In this document: positions 11,776-24,606 of the stretch, piece by piece
How the letters are laid out: every line of letters begins with the position of its first letter
Position numbering within the stretch: the stretch's first letter is position 1
From: Octopus vulgaris
Taxonomy: Eukaryota
Length of the DNA stretch: 64,000 bases
Direction of reading: 5' to 3'
Assembly (NCBI GenBank): GCA_951406725.2
Contig: OX597829.1
Span: 3,720,001-3,784,000, forward strand
Program-made: the position numbers and the translations under genes
Notes under the pieces: model-generated
Told to the model about the DNA's origin: nothing
Seen by the model: the letters and a program-made list of their open reading frames with translations, nothing else
Database searches by the model: none

Positions 11776-11948
11776 TATGCACTGCTACAGTAAGAAATTG
11801 CCTTGAATGTAAACACCGCTATACTCCAAAGACACCTGTGACAGATCCATCTCCAACACAGCCTTCTCAATGGCAAAACACAAAGTCAACAAATGGTAGC
11901 ATTGATCCCATACAATCACTAATAGGTGGATCCCACCCTTCTCCAAAG
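11776..11948 (+). CDS. NBEA: Neurobeachin exon (VCTATVRNCLECKHR...IQSLIGGSHPSPK)
   Basis: ttccag|TA acceptor, AAG|gtgaac donor; phase 1 to 0; conserved VRNCLEC. Confidence 0.92.
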
Positions 11949-11976
11949 GTGAACTTTAATTTCTGCATTGAATTAA

Positions 11977-12199
11977 CCCTTTAGCATTTAAACCAACCAC
12001 ACATGGCCTAAGTATTCTACCAATTTAATGTTAAAACTAGACAGATCTGGCATTTCACACCATATTACAATGTCATTCTAAAAGTAAAACCATCACACCA
12101 TTGAAATCTCAAAACTATGAGATAATGCATAATTAATTCAAAACGATGTGAATATAATAAGCATTAATTGGACAGAATGTTAATCTGAATGCTAAAGGG
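11977..12199. mobile_element. piggyBac-type MITE
   Basis: TTAA|CCCTTTAGCATT ... AATGCTAAAGGG|TTAA: TTAA TSD with CCC/GGG TIRs. Confidence 0.85.
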
Positions 12200-12242
12200 T
12201 TAAATATGTTAATTAAATACTGTCTTAATTTGTTCATTACAG

Positions 12243-12350
12243 AATATTGTTGAGAATTTAGGGGGACAAACTACACCTATAAAGGATGCTGAAAAATTAC
12301 TTCAAGACATGGACATCACTCGCCTCAGAGCTGTTGTATACAGAGATATG
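12243..12350 (+). CDS. NBEA: Neurobeachin exon ([36 protein letters not shown])
   Basis: ttacag|AAT acceptor, ATG|gtatgt donor; 108 nt, phase 0 to 0; conserved [17 protein letters not shown]. Confidence 0.95.
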
Positions 12351-12974
12351 GTATGTATATAGAATTTTGATTTTTTTAAAAACAAATAACACAAACATAT
12401 ATAGAGAGAAGCTTCACTTTCATTATTGTCATTATCATTTTTATACTGATGTTCACTTTTCCATGTATGCAGGGATCAGAATGGAATCAGTTGACACACA
12501 TTTTCTATGGCTGGATGCCCATCCTGTCACAAACCCTCACCTGTTTCCAAGCAAGATAATATTTCATCATGACCAGACAGGACTATAATCCTCCTCCTCC
12601 TCCTCCTCCTCATCATCATCATCATCATCTTCTTCTTCTTCTTCTTGTCTACTTTTCCATGTTTGCATGGGCCTATTGGCTCAAGACACACTTTAAGTAA
12701 CATTTAGCTCAAAATCTGGATGTGTGATTAAGAAGTTTGATTCATAATCACATGGCTTTGGGTTCAGTCCCGCTGTGTGGCACCTTGGGCAAGTTTCATC
12801 TACTACAGCCAGACCAACTAAAGAAGCCTATTGTGTGTGTGTGTATGTAAATTTTGAGGGTTCAAACGAATCAGGTATTCAAATAGAAAAAGCATCAAGG
12901 GAGAGTCATGGATAATGTACCTATGTACCAACAATGTATACACATAAACATACTTATTAAAGTAGATACTAAAA

Positions 12975-15933
12975 TCATCCTGCTATCATACTTTAACCTT
13001 TCATCACCCTGCTATCATACTTTAACCTTTCATCACCCTGCTATCATACTTTAACCTTTCATCATCCTGCTATCATACTTTAACCTTTCATCACCCTGCT
13101 ATCATACTTTAACCTTTCATCATCCTGCTATCATACTTCAACCTTTCATCATCCTGCTATCATACTTCAACCTTTCATCATCCTGCTATCATACTTTAAC
13201 CTTTCATCATCCTGCAATCATACTTTAACCTTTCATCATCCTGCTATCATACTTTAACCTTTCATCATCCTGCTATCATACTTTAACCTTTCATCATCCT
13301 GCTATCATACTTTAACCTTTCATCATCCTGCTATCATACTTTAACCTTTCATCATCCTGCTATCATACTTTAACCTTTCATCATCCTGCTATCATACTTT
13401 AACCTTTCATCATCCTGCTATCATATTTTAACCTTTCATCATCCTGCTATCATACTTTAACCTTTCATCATCCTGCTATCATACTTTAACCTTTCATCAC
13501 CCTGCTATCATATTTTAACCTTTCATCACCCTGCTATCATACTTTAACCTTTCATCATCCTGCTATCATACTTTAACCTTTCATCACCCTGCTATCATAC
13601 TTAAACCTTTCATCACCCTGCTATCATACTTAAACCTTTCATCACCCTGCTATCATACTTTAACCTTTCATCACCCTGCTATCATACTTTAACCTTTCAT
13701 CACCCTGCTATCATACTTTAACCTTTCATCACCCTGCTATCATACTTTAACCTTTCATCATCCTGCTATCATACTTTAACCTTTCATCATCCTGCTATCA
13801 TTCTTCAACCTTTCATCATCCTGCTATCATACTTCAACCTTTCATCACCCTGCTATCATACTTTAACCTTTCATCATCCTGCTATCATACTTTAACCTTT
13901 CATCACCCTGCTATCATACTTTAACCTTTCATCACCCTGCTATCATACTTCAACCTTTCATCATCCTGCTATCATATTTTAACCTTTCATCATCCTGCTA
14001 TCATACTTTAACCTTTCATCATCCTGCTATCATACTTTAACCTTTCATCACCCTGCTATCATATTTTAACCTTTCATCATCCTGCTATCATACTTTAACC
14101 TTTCATCATCCTGCTATCATACTTTAACCTTTCATCACCCTGCTATCATACTTAAACCTTTCATCACCCTGCTATCATACTTTAACCTTTCATCACCCTG
14201 CTATCATACTTTAACCTTTCATCATCCTGCTATCATACTTTAACCTTTCATCACCCTGCTATCATACTTTAACCTTTCATCACCCTGCTATCATACTTTA
14301 ACCTTTCATCATCCTGCTATCATACTTTAACCTTTCATCATCCTGCTATCATACTTTAACCTTTCATCACCCTGCTATCATACTTTAACCTTTCATCACC
14401 CTGCTATCATACTTTAACCTTTCATCACCCTGCTATCATACTTAAACCTTTCATCACCCTGCTATCATACTTTAACCTTTCATCACCCTGCTATCATACT
14501 TTAACCTTTCATCATCCTGCTATCATACTTTAACCTTTCATCACCCTGCTATCATACTTTAACCTTTCATCATCCTGCTATCATATTTTAACCTTTCATC
14601 ATCCTGCTATCATACTTTAACCTTTCATCATCCTGCTATCATACTTTAACCTTTCATCACCCTGCTATCATATTTTAACCTTTCATCACCCTGCTATCAT
14701 ACTTTAACCTTTCATCATCCTGCTATCATACTTTAACCTTTCATCACCCTGCTATCATACTTAAACCTTTCATCACCCTGCTATCATACTTAAACCTTTC
14801 ATCACCCTGCTATCATACTTTAACCTTTCATCACCCTGCTATCATACTTTAACCTTTCATCACCCTGCTATCATACTTTAACCTTTCATCACCCTGCTAT
14901 CATACTTTAACCTTTCATCATCCTGCTATCATACTTTAACCTTTCATCATCCTGCTATCATTCTTCAACCTTTCATCATCCTGCTATCATACTTCAACCT
15001 TTCATCACCCTGCTATCATACTTTAACCTTTCATCATCCTGCTATCATACTTTAACCTTTCATCACCCTGCTATCATACTTTAACCTTTCATCACCCTGC
15101 TATCATACTTCAACCTTTCATCATCCTGCTATCATATTTTAACCTTTCATCATCCTGCTATCATACTTTAACCTTTCATCATCCTGCTATCATACTTTAA
15201 CCTTTCATCACCCTGCTATCATATTTTAACCTTTCATCATCCTGCTATCATACTTTAACCTTTCATCATCCTGCTATCATACTTTAACCTTTCATCACCC
15301 TGCTATCATACTTAAACCTTTCATCACCCTGCTATCATACTTTAACCTTTCATCACCCTGCTATCATACTTTAACCTTTCATCATCCTGCTATCATACTT
15401 TAACCTTTCATCACCCTGCTATCATACTTTAACCTTTCATCACCCTGCTATCATACTTTAACCTTTCATCATCCTGCTATCATACTTTAACCTTTCATCA
15501 TCCTGCTATCATACTTTAACCTTTCATCACCCTGCTATCATACTTTAACCTTTCATCACCCTGCTATCATACTTTAACCTTTCATCACCCTGCTATCATA
15601 CTTAAACCTTTCATCACCCTGCTATCATACTTTAACCTTTCATCACCCTGCTATCATACTTTAACCTTTCATCATCCTGCTATCATACTTTAACCTTTCA
15701 TCACCCTGCTATCATACTTTAACCTTTCATCACCCTGCTATCATACTTTAACCTTTCATCATCCTGCTATCATACTTTAACCTTTCATCATCCTGCTATC
15801 ATACTTTAACCTTTCATCACCCTGCTATCATACTTTAACCTTTCATCAACCTGCTATCATACTTTAACCTTTCATCACCCTGCTATCATACTTTAACCTT
15901 TCATCACCCTGCTATCATACTTTAACCTTTCAT
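12975..15933. repeat. 29-bp minisatellite, about 100 copies (cctgctatcatactttaacctttcatca[t/c])
   Basis: Period of 29 counted directly (12981 to 13010); highly homogeneous, no spacers. Confidence 0.97.
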
Positions 15934-16235
15934 AGTCTTCCACAAAGCCACTCCTCTCAGTACTACACTAACTCCATTTAGTTGAGGGGGGTCTTTGTCT
16001 TGCAAGTTACTTAGTGACCTCACTAGTGCTTCTACCACCTAACCCCACCACCAATACATCCTGTCAAGTGGTGGGTATTAGGAAGGGTATTCAGCTGTAG
16101 AAACCAGGCCCATGCTGACATTGGAGCTAGGTCTCTTTCTGTTGAAGTCTCCAACTTATGCTAGCATGGATGACAGTCATTGAACGATAATGATGATGTC
16201 AATTAACATACATTCTTTTTCTGCTCATTTTTCAG

Positions 16236-16404
16236 GATGAGACCAAACAAGCACAATTCTTGGCTCTTGCTATTGTCTACTTTACCTCTGTATTAATGGT
16301 CTCAAAATACCGAGACATTTTAGAGCCACCAAGTCCTGCATCGACCCCAACACTGGGCCCACATCGAGGAGCAGTTCACTCTCCAACATCCAAAGATGTA
16401 TCAG
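16236..16404 (+). CDS. NBEA: Neurobeachin exon ([32 protein letters not shown]...SKDVS)
   Basis: tttcag|GAT acceptor, G|gtaaaa donor; phase 0 to 1; conserved [28 protein letters not shown]. Confidence 0.96.
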
Positions 16405-17465
16405 GTAAAAGACACAAACGAGTTTTATATTTCTCTTTATATTTCTCTTTTATTGAATTTTTGTTTTCAGTTACAGATGTGGTTGTGAGGTTAACGAGTC
16501 TACTTTGCAACTGCATGGCTTCAGTTTCAGTCCCACTGTGTTTTACCGTGAGCAAATCTCAACTACTGTAACTCCATGTTGACCAAAGCCTTCAGAAACT
16601 GAAACAAGTCTGTTATCTGTGTGTTTATATATGTATATATATGAAATTCAACTTACATTGAAAGTCAACAAAGTTTGCTTTAGAAGCGATGAGATGTATT
16701 GAAAGATACAGATAAGGAAATAATTTTATTCTCAAACACAGGATAGTGCTAATAATATATGTCGGCAGCCAGATTTTTCTGTGAAATACGGATAGTTTAT
16801 CCTATTCATGCTATATTATTAGCATTATCTCCTGCATTTGAGAATGAAATTATTTCCTTATCTCTGTATCTTTCAATATATTTGCCATTCTAATTTCATA
16901 TTACTACTTTGTGCTCTATTGACACTTTGTTCACAAATATTTGTGGGCGTAATCAGCCCACTTATGCATACCTTTCCTTCTTTGGACACTAAACTCTGCT
17001 TGCGAAGACCTGTTCAGGCAAGTGAAATCGAAATCAAATTTGATGACTGGCATCCGTGCTAGTGGGGCACAAAGAGCACCATCCGAGCGTGATCGTTGAC
17101 AGAGTGGCTAACTGGCTTCCGTGCCAGTGGCGTGTAAAAGGCACCATTCGAGCGTGATCGTTATCAGCATCGCCTTACTGGCACTTGTGCCAGTGGCTTG
17201 TGAAAAAACATTCCAGCAAGGTCGTTGCCAGTACCGCCTGACTGGCCCCCATGCTGGTGGCACATAAAAGCTCCCACTACACTCTCAGAGTGGTTGGCAT
17301 TAGGAAGGGCATCCAGCTTTAGAAACTCTGCCAGATCAAGATTGGAGCCTGGTGCCACCATCTGGTTCGCCAGTCCTCGGTCAAATCATCCAACCCATGC
17401 TAGCATGGAAAGCGGATGTTAAACAATGATGATGATGATGATATATATATATATATGTATGTATA

Positions 17466-17498
<33 letters not shown>

Positions 17499-17501
17499 AT
17501 G

Positions 17502-17532
<31 letters not shown>

Positions 17533-17902
17533 ATATGTGTGCGTGTGTATGTATATATATGTACATATGTATAAGTATGCATTTATGTATATATATGTGT
17601 GTGTATATATATATATATATATGTCTGAGTTAGAGGTTAAGAAACCATCAAAGGGATATTAAATATCCAATATACCACTTGATGTGTAGCTACATATTTT
17701 TAACCAAGTGCTTACTATTGCATTGCAATATTGCAATTGAATATGGGTGGAGGTAAATTGGAAATTTACCCAGGATTTATTAATCACATATATTAGGAAA
17801 GGGTATGTATGTATGTAAATATATATATGTGTGTGTGTGTATCTATTAAAGTAACTGTATATTTATTCATGCGTATAACCGTATTTTGTTCCATTCTGAA
17901 TG

Positions 17903-17948
17903 AAAACTGTCCGACGAACAGGAATGGGAAACTCTGAGTAACAGTTTT
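17903..17948 (+). ncRNA. Degenerate type I hammerhead ribozyme motif
   Basis: AAAACUGU-CCGACGA-ACAGGAAUGG-GAAA-CUC-U-GAG-UA^ACAGUUUU: perfect 8-bp stem I and a paired stem III, but a U4C core change and weak stem II. Confidence 0.55.
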
Positions 17949-18065
17949 ATTGATGTCTTTGCAGCTTTAATAATAAAGCATATTACTCTACCTATTGTAT
18001 TCAAGTACTATTTTTTCCACCTTATTTCACATTTATGTGCTTACTCTGGTACATATATATGAATG

Positions 18066-18113
<48 letters not shown>

Positions 18114-20629
18114 GATAGATATGAGTATATATATGTATATAGTGTAGGTATCAGTTAAGGGATAATTAAATCCAGAGTCGCTCCTGGCTATTCGCTGGGT
18201 AGGTACAGTCTTTTGTAAGGTTGTACGGTAGCAGGTGGTTTGGTTGGTAAACTGGAGTTTAAGTTATATAGGAGAAGAAAATGAATATAATAACAACGGG
18301 AAACTCATGGTTTTCCCTGGTATGTCTTAAATAGAAGGAAGAAGCTACCCTCATCACTGCTTCTCCCTTCTTTGTTATCTATTTAAAGACACACCAGCGA
18401 AAACCACGAGTTTCCCATTGTTATTACATCCATTTTCTTCTCCTATATATATATATATATATATGTATGTATATAAATGTTCATGACTTCATAGGCACCT
18501 AAAATAGTTAATAAACGCATCACACATGCTAACCAAATCATCCCCAATACCAAATAATGGCCTTACTTTGCTATTTGTAATTATGTAATTGAATTCACTA
18601 CTCAAAATATAACTATTTTGTACATATGTGTCCTGTTTGTTTTGTTGTTAAATGTTTTAATTAATAATCTGATTATAACGACAAGAATTTCTTCTTTTTT
18701 GATTATGTATTCATTTCTTCTTTTTCTTGTTGAATTGTTTTTAATTTCTTGAAAATTGTTTGAGGTGTGGTGCTGTATGCAAATGAAGGTGGAGGGGCCT
18801 ACTGATATAGGAAGAACTCCATGATGCCCGTTGCAGAAGTGCAATGCTCTTTCGAGAATGTAAAGGGAAAAGAACTTGACAGTGAATAAGTATTATCATT
18901 ATGTATGTATGTAGATATGTATGCACATATGCAAGTGTGTGTATGTATGTATGTAGGTATGATGGCACATATGCAAGTGTATGTATGTATGCACATATGC
19001 AAGTGTATGTATGTGTATGTATGCATGTAGGTAAGTACATCTGTTGAACGGCAGCGAGCTGGCAGAATCGTTAGTACGCCGGGCGAAATGCTTTGCGGTA
19101 TTTCATCTGCCGTTATGTTGTGAGTTCAAATTCCTCCGAGGTCGACTTTACCTTTCATCTTTTCGGGGTCGATAAATTAAGCACCAGTTATGCACTGGGG
19201 TCGATGTAATCGACTTAATCCGTTTGTCTGTCCTTGTTTATCCCCTCTATGTTTAGCCCCTTGTGGGTAGTAAAGAAATAGGTATTTCATCTGCCGTTAC
19301 GTTGTGAGTTCAAATTCCGCCGAGGTCGACTTTGCCTTTCATCCTTTCGAGGGTCGATAAATTAAGCACCAGTTATGCACTGGGGTCGATGTAATCGACT
19401 TAATACCTATGTCTGTCCTTGTTTGTCCCCTCTATGTTTAGCCCCTTGTGGGTAGTAAAGGAATAGGTATGTACATCTGTAAAAACATGTAGCTTAGTGG
19501 GCTGAGTATTGTGAAGGTGTGTGGCTTTGAGGTTAGAGTATTGTGAAGGCATGTGGTTAGGGTATTCAGCTCAAGATCATAAGGATGTGAGTTCAATTCC
19601 ACGATGTGCATTATGTTCTTGAGCAAGACACTTATTTCTTGTTGCTCCATTCAGCTGGTAAAAATGAGTGGTGCCCGTAATTCAACGAGCCATCCTTGTA
19701 AGTATGTATGCAAATATATACATTAGTATATATATATGTAGATAATCATGTACTTGTGTGCATCAGTACATGTATGTATGTATATCTGTGTGTATGTATG
19801 TAATGTATGTATGCATGTATATATCTTTTATTTGTTTCAGTCATTAGACTGCAGCAATGCTAGGGCACTGTCTAGAAGAATTTAGTTGACCAAATTGACC
19901 CCACCGATACTTAGTTGTCTTTTAAAGTCTGTTATTTATTCTATCAGTTTCTTTTTTGCTGAACCACTAAGTTACATAAATAGATCAACACTAGTTGCTG
20001 AGTGGTGGGGGTGACAAAAGCAAAGGTACACCAACATATACATACATGCATACATAAATACATACATACATGATGGTCGTCCACTCGTGACCGAGAAAGA
20101 CCATTGTTGACCTTTAGGAACCTTGTGCACTCTAGGACTAACTTATATTTTGCGTTTGTGGCCACAGGATTTCCAAATAAAAATAAAATAAATATATACT
20201 AAAAATAAATACATAAATGCATACATACATACATATTTGTGTGTATACAAATACATACACAAACATGCTTCCACGTATTTTCATCACTTTCAAGGCATTG
20301 GTCGATGTAGAGTTTAAAGTAGAAGACTTAAAACCCAAGGTGCCACACGGTAGGACTGAACCCAGAACCAGGTGGCTGCAAAGTGAGCTGTACTTTACTC
20401 AAGTAACTGTTAATCATTTCCATAAGAATCCTATTCAGTAGTTGTGTATTTTAGATCCATGTCTTGTATTTTAACATCCACCTACATAACTATAGAGCAT
20501 CACACCTCTTACAGGTACATTGTATTCTTGTAATATTTACCTTTTACAGTGCTAAAAGTTAAGATTTGTGTGTGGATCTCTCTTTTTTTTTTTTTTTGCT
20601 TTATTCTATGTATTTACTGGCTATAACAG

Positions 20630-21088
20630 ATGGAAAAACATGGGAGAAAAGCCGTCCAGCTGTTCCAATGCTCATAAGCATGTATAATACGTCTGAACGT
20701 ACGTCTTTTGTGACGCACGATACAAGTTCAATTTCAACATCAAGCGCAGTGTCTGTCGAGAATTTCGGATCAGTGACTTCTGGAGCTAGAGAAATTGTGG
20801 GAACGAGTCCAGCAGAATCAAATATGGATGAGGATAACATTAAAATGATGAAATATGAATGTGTTGATCGACGTGCTACAGAAGATGCCGGTAGTGTGCT
20901 TGCACATATGGTTAACTGCAACTGCGAAACACAAATGCGAGGCGAGAAAATGGTGCATAATCTCACATCTTTTACATGCTGTCATGAAGGGGCAACAGGG
21001 AATGAGTGCGACTGTTCTATTGGTGCAAGACACGTCCCAGCTGGAGCTAATTCATCCCTTGTTAATGAAGGTTCATCACAACAGAAAG
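20630..21088 (+). CDS. NBEA: Candidate alternative cassette exon of neurobeachin (153 codons, Ser/Thr- and Cys-rich, not recognisably conserved)
   Basis: T-rich tract then aacag|AT; 459-nt stop-free frame (ORF 20566..21114) in phase 1 to 1. The donor G|gtttcc is weak; an alternative G|gttcat at 21070 is also phase 1. Confidence 0.6.
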
Positions 21089-21254
21089 GTTTCCAAAAGA
21101 ATATATATATATAGTGTGTGTGTGTGTGTGCATATGTGTTTTTGTGTATGTATATACAGTGTGTGTATATGTGTGTTTGTGTACATATATTGTGTATATA
21201 TGTGTGTGTGTGTGTTCATATATATATACCACATATGTATGTACATCTGCATGC

Positions 21255-21294
<40 letters not shown>

Positions 21295-22025
21295 ATATAT
21301 ATTGCAACAGAAATAGTATAGTAAATTGCAATGGGGAGTGGAATATCCACTACTTTAGATAGTCCTTCAGAGTAAAGTAAAGTTGGAACCATTTTCATTT
21401 TCATTATTATTTAACATCTATTTATCCATGCTTTTACGAGCCAGAAGAAATTTATTGATGCAAAATTACTAAGGCCAGATCTTTTCCCCCGTCACCAGCA
21501 TTCACCTGTTTCCCTGCAAGGTAATATTTGTCCATGGCCAGTCAGGTTTTTCAGAAAATATCAGGAATGAACAACAATGTTTGTATGACATTGAAACTCA
21601 TTTACAATATCCGATATGAAAACAAGGAGATATAAATATACACAAATTCACATGGAATTTCTGTTTATCAAAACCATTTAGAAATGTTTAGCCAGCCAGT
21701 GGCTGTGGTAGAAGACACTGCCCCTAGGTAGAACTGTGGGACTGAACCTGAAATCATATGGTTGGGAAGCAAATTTCTTAATCTTATGCCCAGGCTTATG
21801 ACTACATATATGTAATATGACAGAGTACTTAAAAATTGTTGAAGAAAGGGAAAATAAATCATTTTGTACAACATATAGACTCCTTCTTCTGGGTAAATTT
21901 GACAGGAGGGAGATAGTGTGAGCTTCATATGTAGGGAGTTGACTGCATTCAAGGTGTTGAAAGGGAGGCAATGGAGAAGATACAAAGCTAGTCAAATAGG
22001 GAAAGGGAGAAAGACTGTGGAGATG

Positions 22026-22405
22026 TTATCAAAGAAGCTTGAGAGGCGGTTGGATGGAATTTACACTCGCCTCCTTATGAGAGCTCAAAATCTCTCATGG
22101 AAGCGCCATCCAACCAAAATGCAAATATATGGGAAACTATCACCTGTGTCATCTCTTGTGAAAGGTAGAAGAGTCCAGTTTGCTAGACATTGTTGTAGAG
22201 CTGAAAAAGAGGTAATTTCTACTCTTCTCCTCTGGAAGCCATCTGCTCGCAATACCAGAGGGCGCACACTCTCCTACCCTGATGTAATCTCCAGGGATAC
22301 AGGCATCAAGCAACAGGACCTCCGTAATGCCATGATGGACCGTGAAGTCTGGCTTAGCATGGTAAATTCCATTGTCTCGACCACGGTCGAACAGTGAGTG
22401 AGTGA
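22026..22405 (+). mobile_element. 5'-truncated RTE-like LINE (ORF C-terminus plus (GTGA)n tail)
   Basis: ORF 21918..22397 contains LDGIYTRLLMRAQNLSWKRHPT...RRVQFARHC...MMDREVW; 9-bp TSD gtggagatg at 22017-22025 and 22406-22414. Confidence 0.85.
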
Positions 22406-22811
22406 GTGGAGATGAGGTGTTAGGACATTTTCTTAAAGAAAGAATAGTAACAGGTCGGAGAAATATGTTGAGCTTCAGTGTCTGCTTTTGCATAATCTCT
22501 GTCGCAGGATGTCCTTCCTGGTGCCGTGACTTTACTGAGTGTACAGAATTATTCCTATAAAAAGATTTAAGACTTCAAGTAATTTAGTGAATGCCATTGC
22601 CTATTAGAAGAGAACATTTGTTTCAGGTGTCTGAGTAAGATATATGATATTTTAAAAGCAAAATATTCCAAAATACAAATGGCACTGGGACATTGAAATA
22701 AAACTTCTTATTTTAACAAAAAGAATAATGTTGAAGATCATAATAATATTTGGGGCCCTTAGGAACCACCGAAACTTCTTTGCAACAAGAATGTTTCACT
22801 GGATTATGTGG

Positions 22812-22889
22812 GTGTGTGTATATATATATATATATATATGTAGGTATTCATAATATATATATATTTATGTATGCTATTATATTTATGTG

Positions 22890-22942
<53 letters not shown>

Positions 22943-22983
22943 ACATGTATGCATATATATATATATGTATGTATACATGTATG

Positions 22984-23014
<31 letters not shown>

Positions 23015-23015
23015 G

Positions 23016-23046
<31 letters not shown>

Positions 23047-23055
23047 ATATGTATG

Positions 23056-23094
<39 letters not shown>

Positions 23095-23165
23095 ATATGT
23101 ATGTATGTATATATATATATGTATGTATATATGTATGTATGTATATATATATATATATATGTATG

Positions 23166-23197
<32 letters not shown>

Positions 23198-23239
23198 TAT
23201 ATGTATGTATATATATATATATATATATGTATGTATATA

Positions 23240-23288
<49 letters not shown>

Positions 23289-23297
23289 ATATGTATG

Positions 23298-23328
<31 letters not shown>

Positions 23329-23375
23329 ATATGTATGTATATATATATATATATGTATGTATGTATATATGTATG

Positions 23376-23408
<33 letters not shown>

Positions 23409-23415
23409 ATATATG

Positions 23416-23450
<35 letters not shown>

Positions 23451-23892
23451 ATATATATGTATATATATATATATATATTTATGTATGTATGTATATATGT
23501 ATGTATATATATATATATATATGTATGTATATATGTATGTATGTATATATATATATATATGTATGTATATATGTATGTATATATATATATATATATGTAT
23601 GTATATATGTATGTATATATATATATATATATATGTATGTATATATGTATGTATATATATATATATATGTATGTATATATGTATGTATGTATATATATAT
23701 ATATATATGTATGTATATATGTATGTATATATATATATATATGTATGTATATATGTATGTATATATATATATATATGTATGTATATATGTATGTATATAT
23801 ATATATATATATTATATATGTATGTATATGTATATATATATATATATATATGTATGTATATGTATATATATATATATATATATGTATGTATA

Positions 23893-23967
<75 letters not shown>

Positions 23968-24010
23968 ATATGTATATATATATATATGTATGTATATATG
24001 TATGTATGTG

Positions 24011-24041
<31 letters not shown>

Positions 24042-24260
24042 ATATGTATGTATGTGTATATATATATATATATATATGTATGTATATGTATATATATATA
24101 TATATATATGTATGTATACATGTATGTATATGTATATATATATATATATATTGTATGTATACATGTATGTATATATATATCATCATCATCATCATCATCA
24201 TCGTTTAGCGTCCGTTTTGATGATGATGATGATGATGATGATATATATATACATACATGT

Positions 24261-24304
<44 letters not shown>

Positions 24305-24355
24305 ACATGTATGCATACATACATACATATGTACATACATACACACATATATACA
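22812..24355. repeat. About 1.5-kb compound TA/TATG/TG microsatellite
   Basis: Alternating purine-pyrimidine tract; source of the spurious Y/I/M/C/V ORFs. Confidence 0.97.
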
Positions 24356-24575
24356 TTGATGCACTTACATTTTGAACTTATTCATTACAATCCTCTGAAC
24401 GTGCAATGTTGAAATAATCTTAGAAATTGATTTTAAGTAAAAAAAGTATAAAGCTCAAGATTTGTATTGAATAGTAAAATCTTAAAAAAAAATATTGCTT
24501 TGAGTAAACTACACACACACACACACTGATATATATATATATAGATATATATATATATATTCACATGCATATATG

Positions 24576-24606
<31 letters not shown>

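Noticed and set aside
12975-15933. CRISPR-like 29-bp repeat array
   Set aside because: Units are contiguous with no unique spacers, there are no cas genes, and the context is a eukaryotic intron.
22750-24375. ORFs of 400-540 aa in several frames
   Set aside because: Translations of a TA/TG microsatellite that lacks stop codons; the same applies to 17381-17662, 21062-21404, 32297-33267 and 42863-43237.
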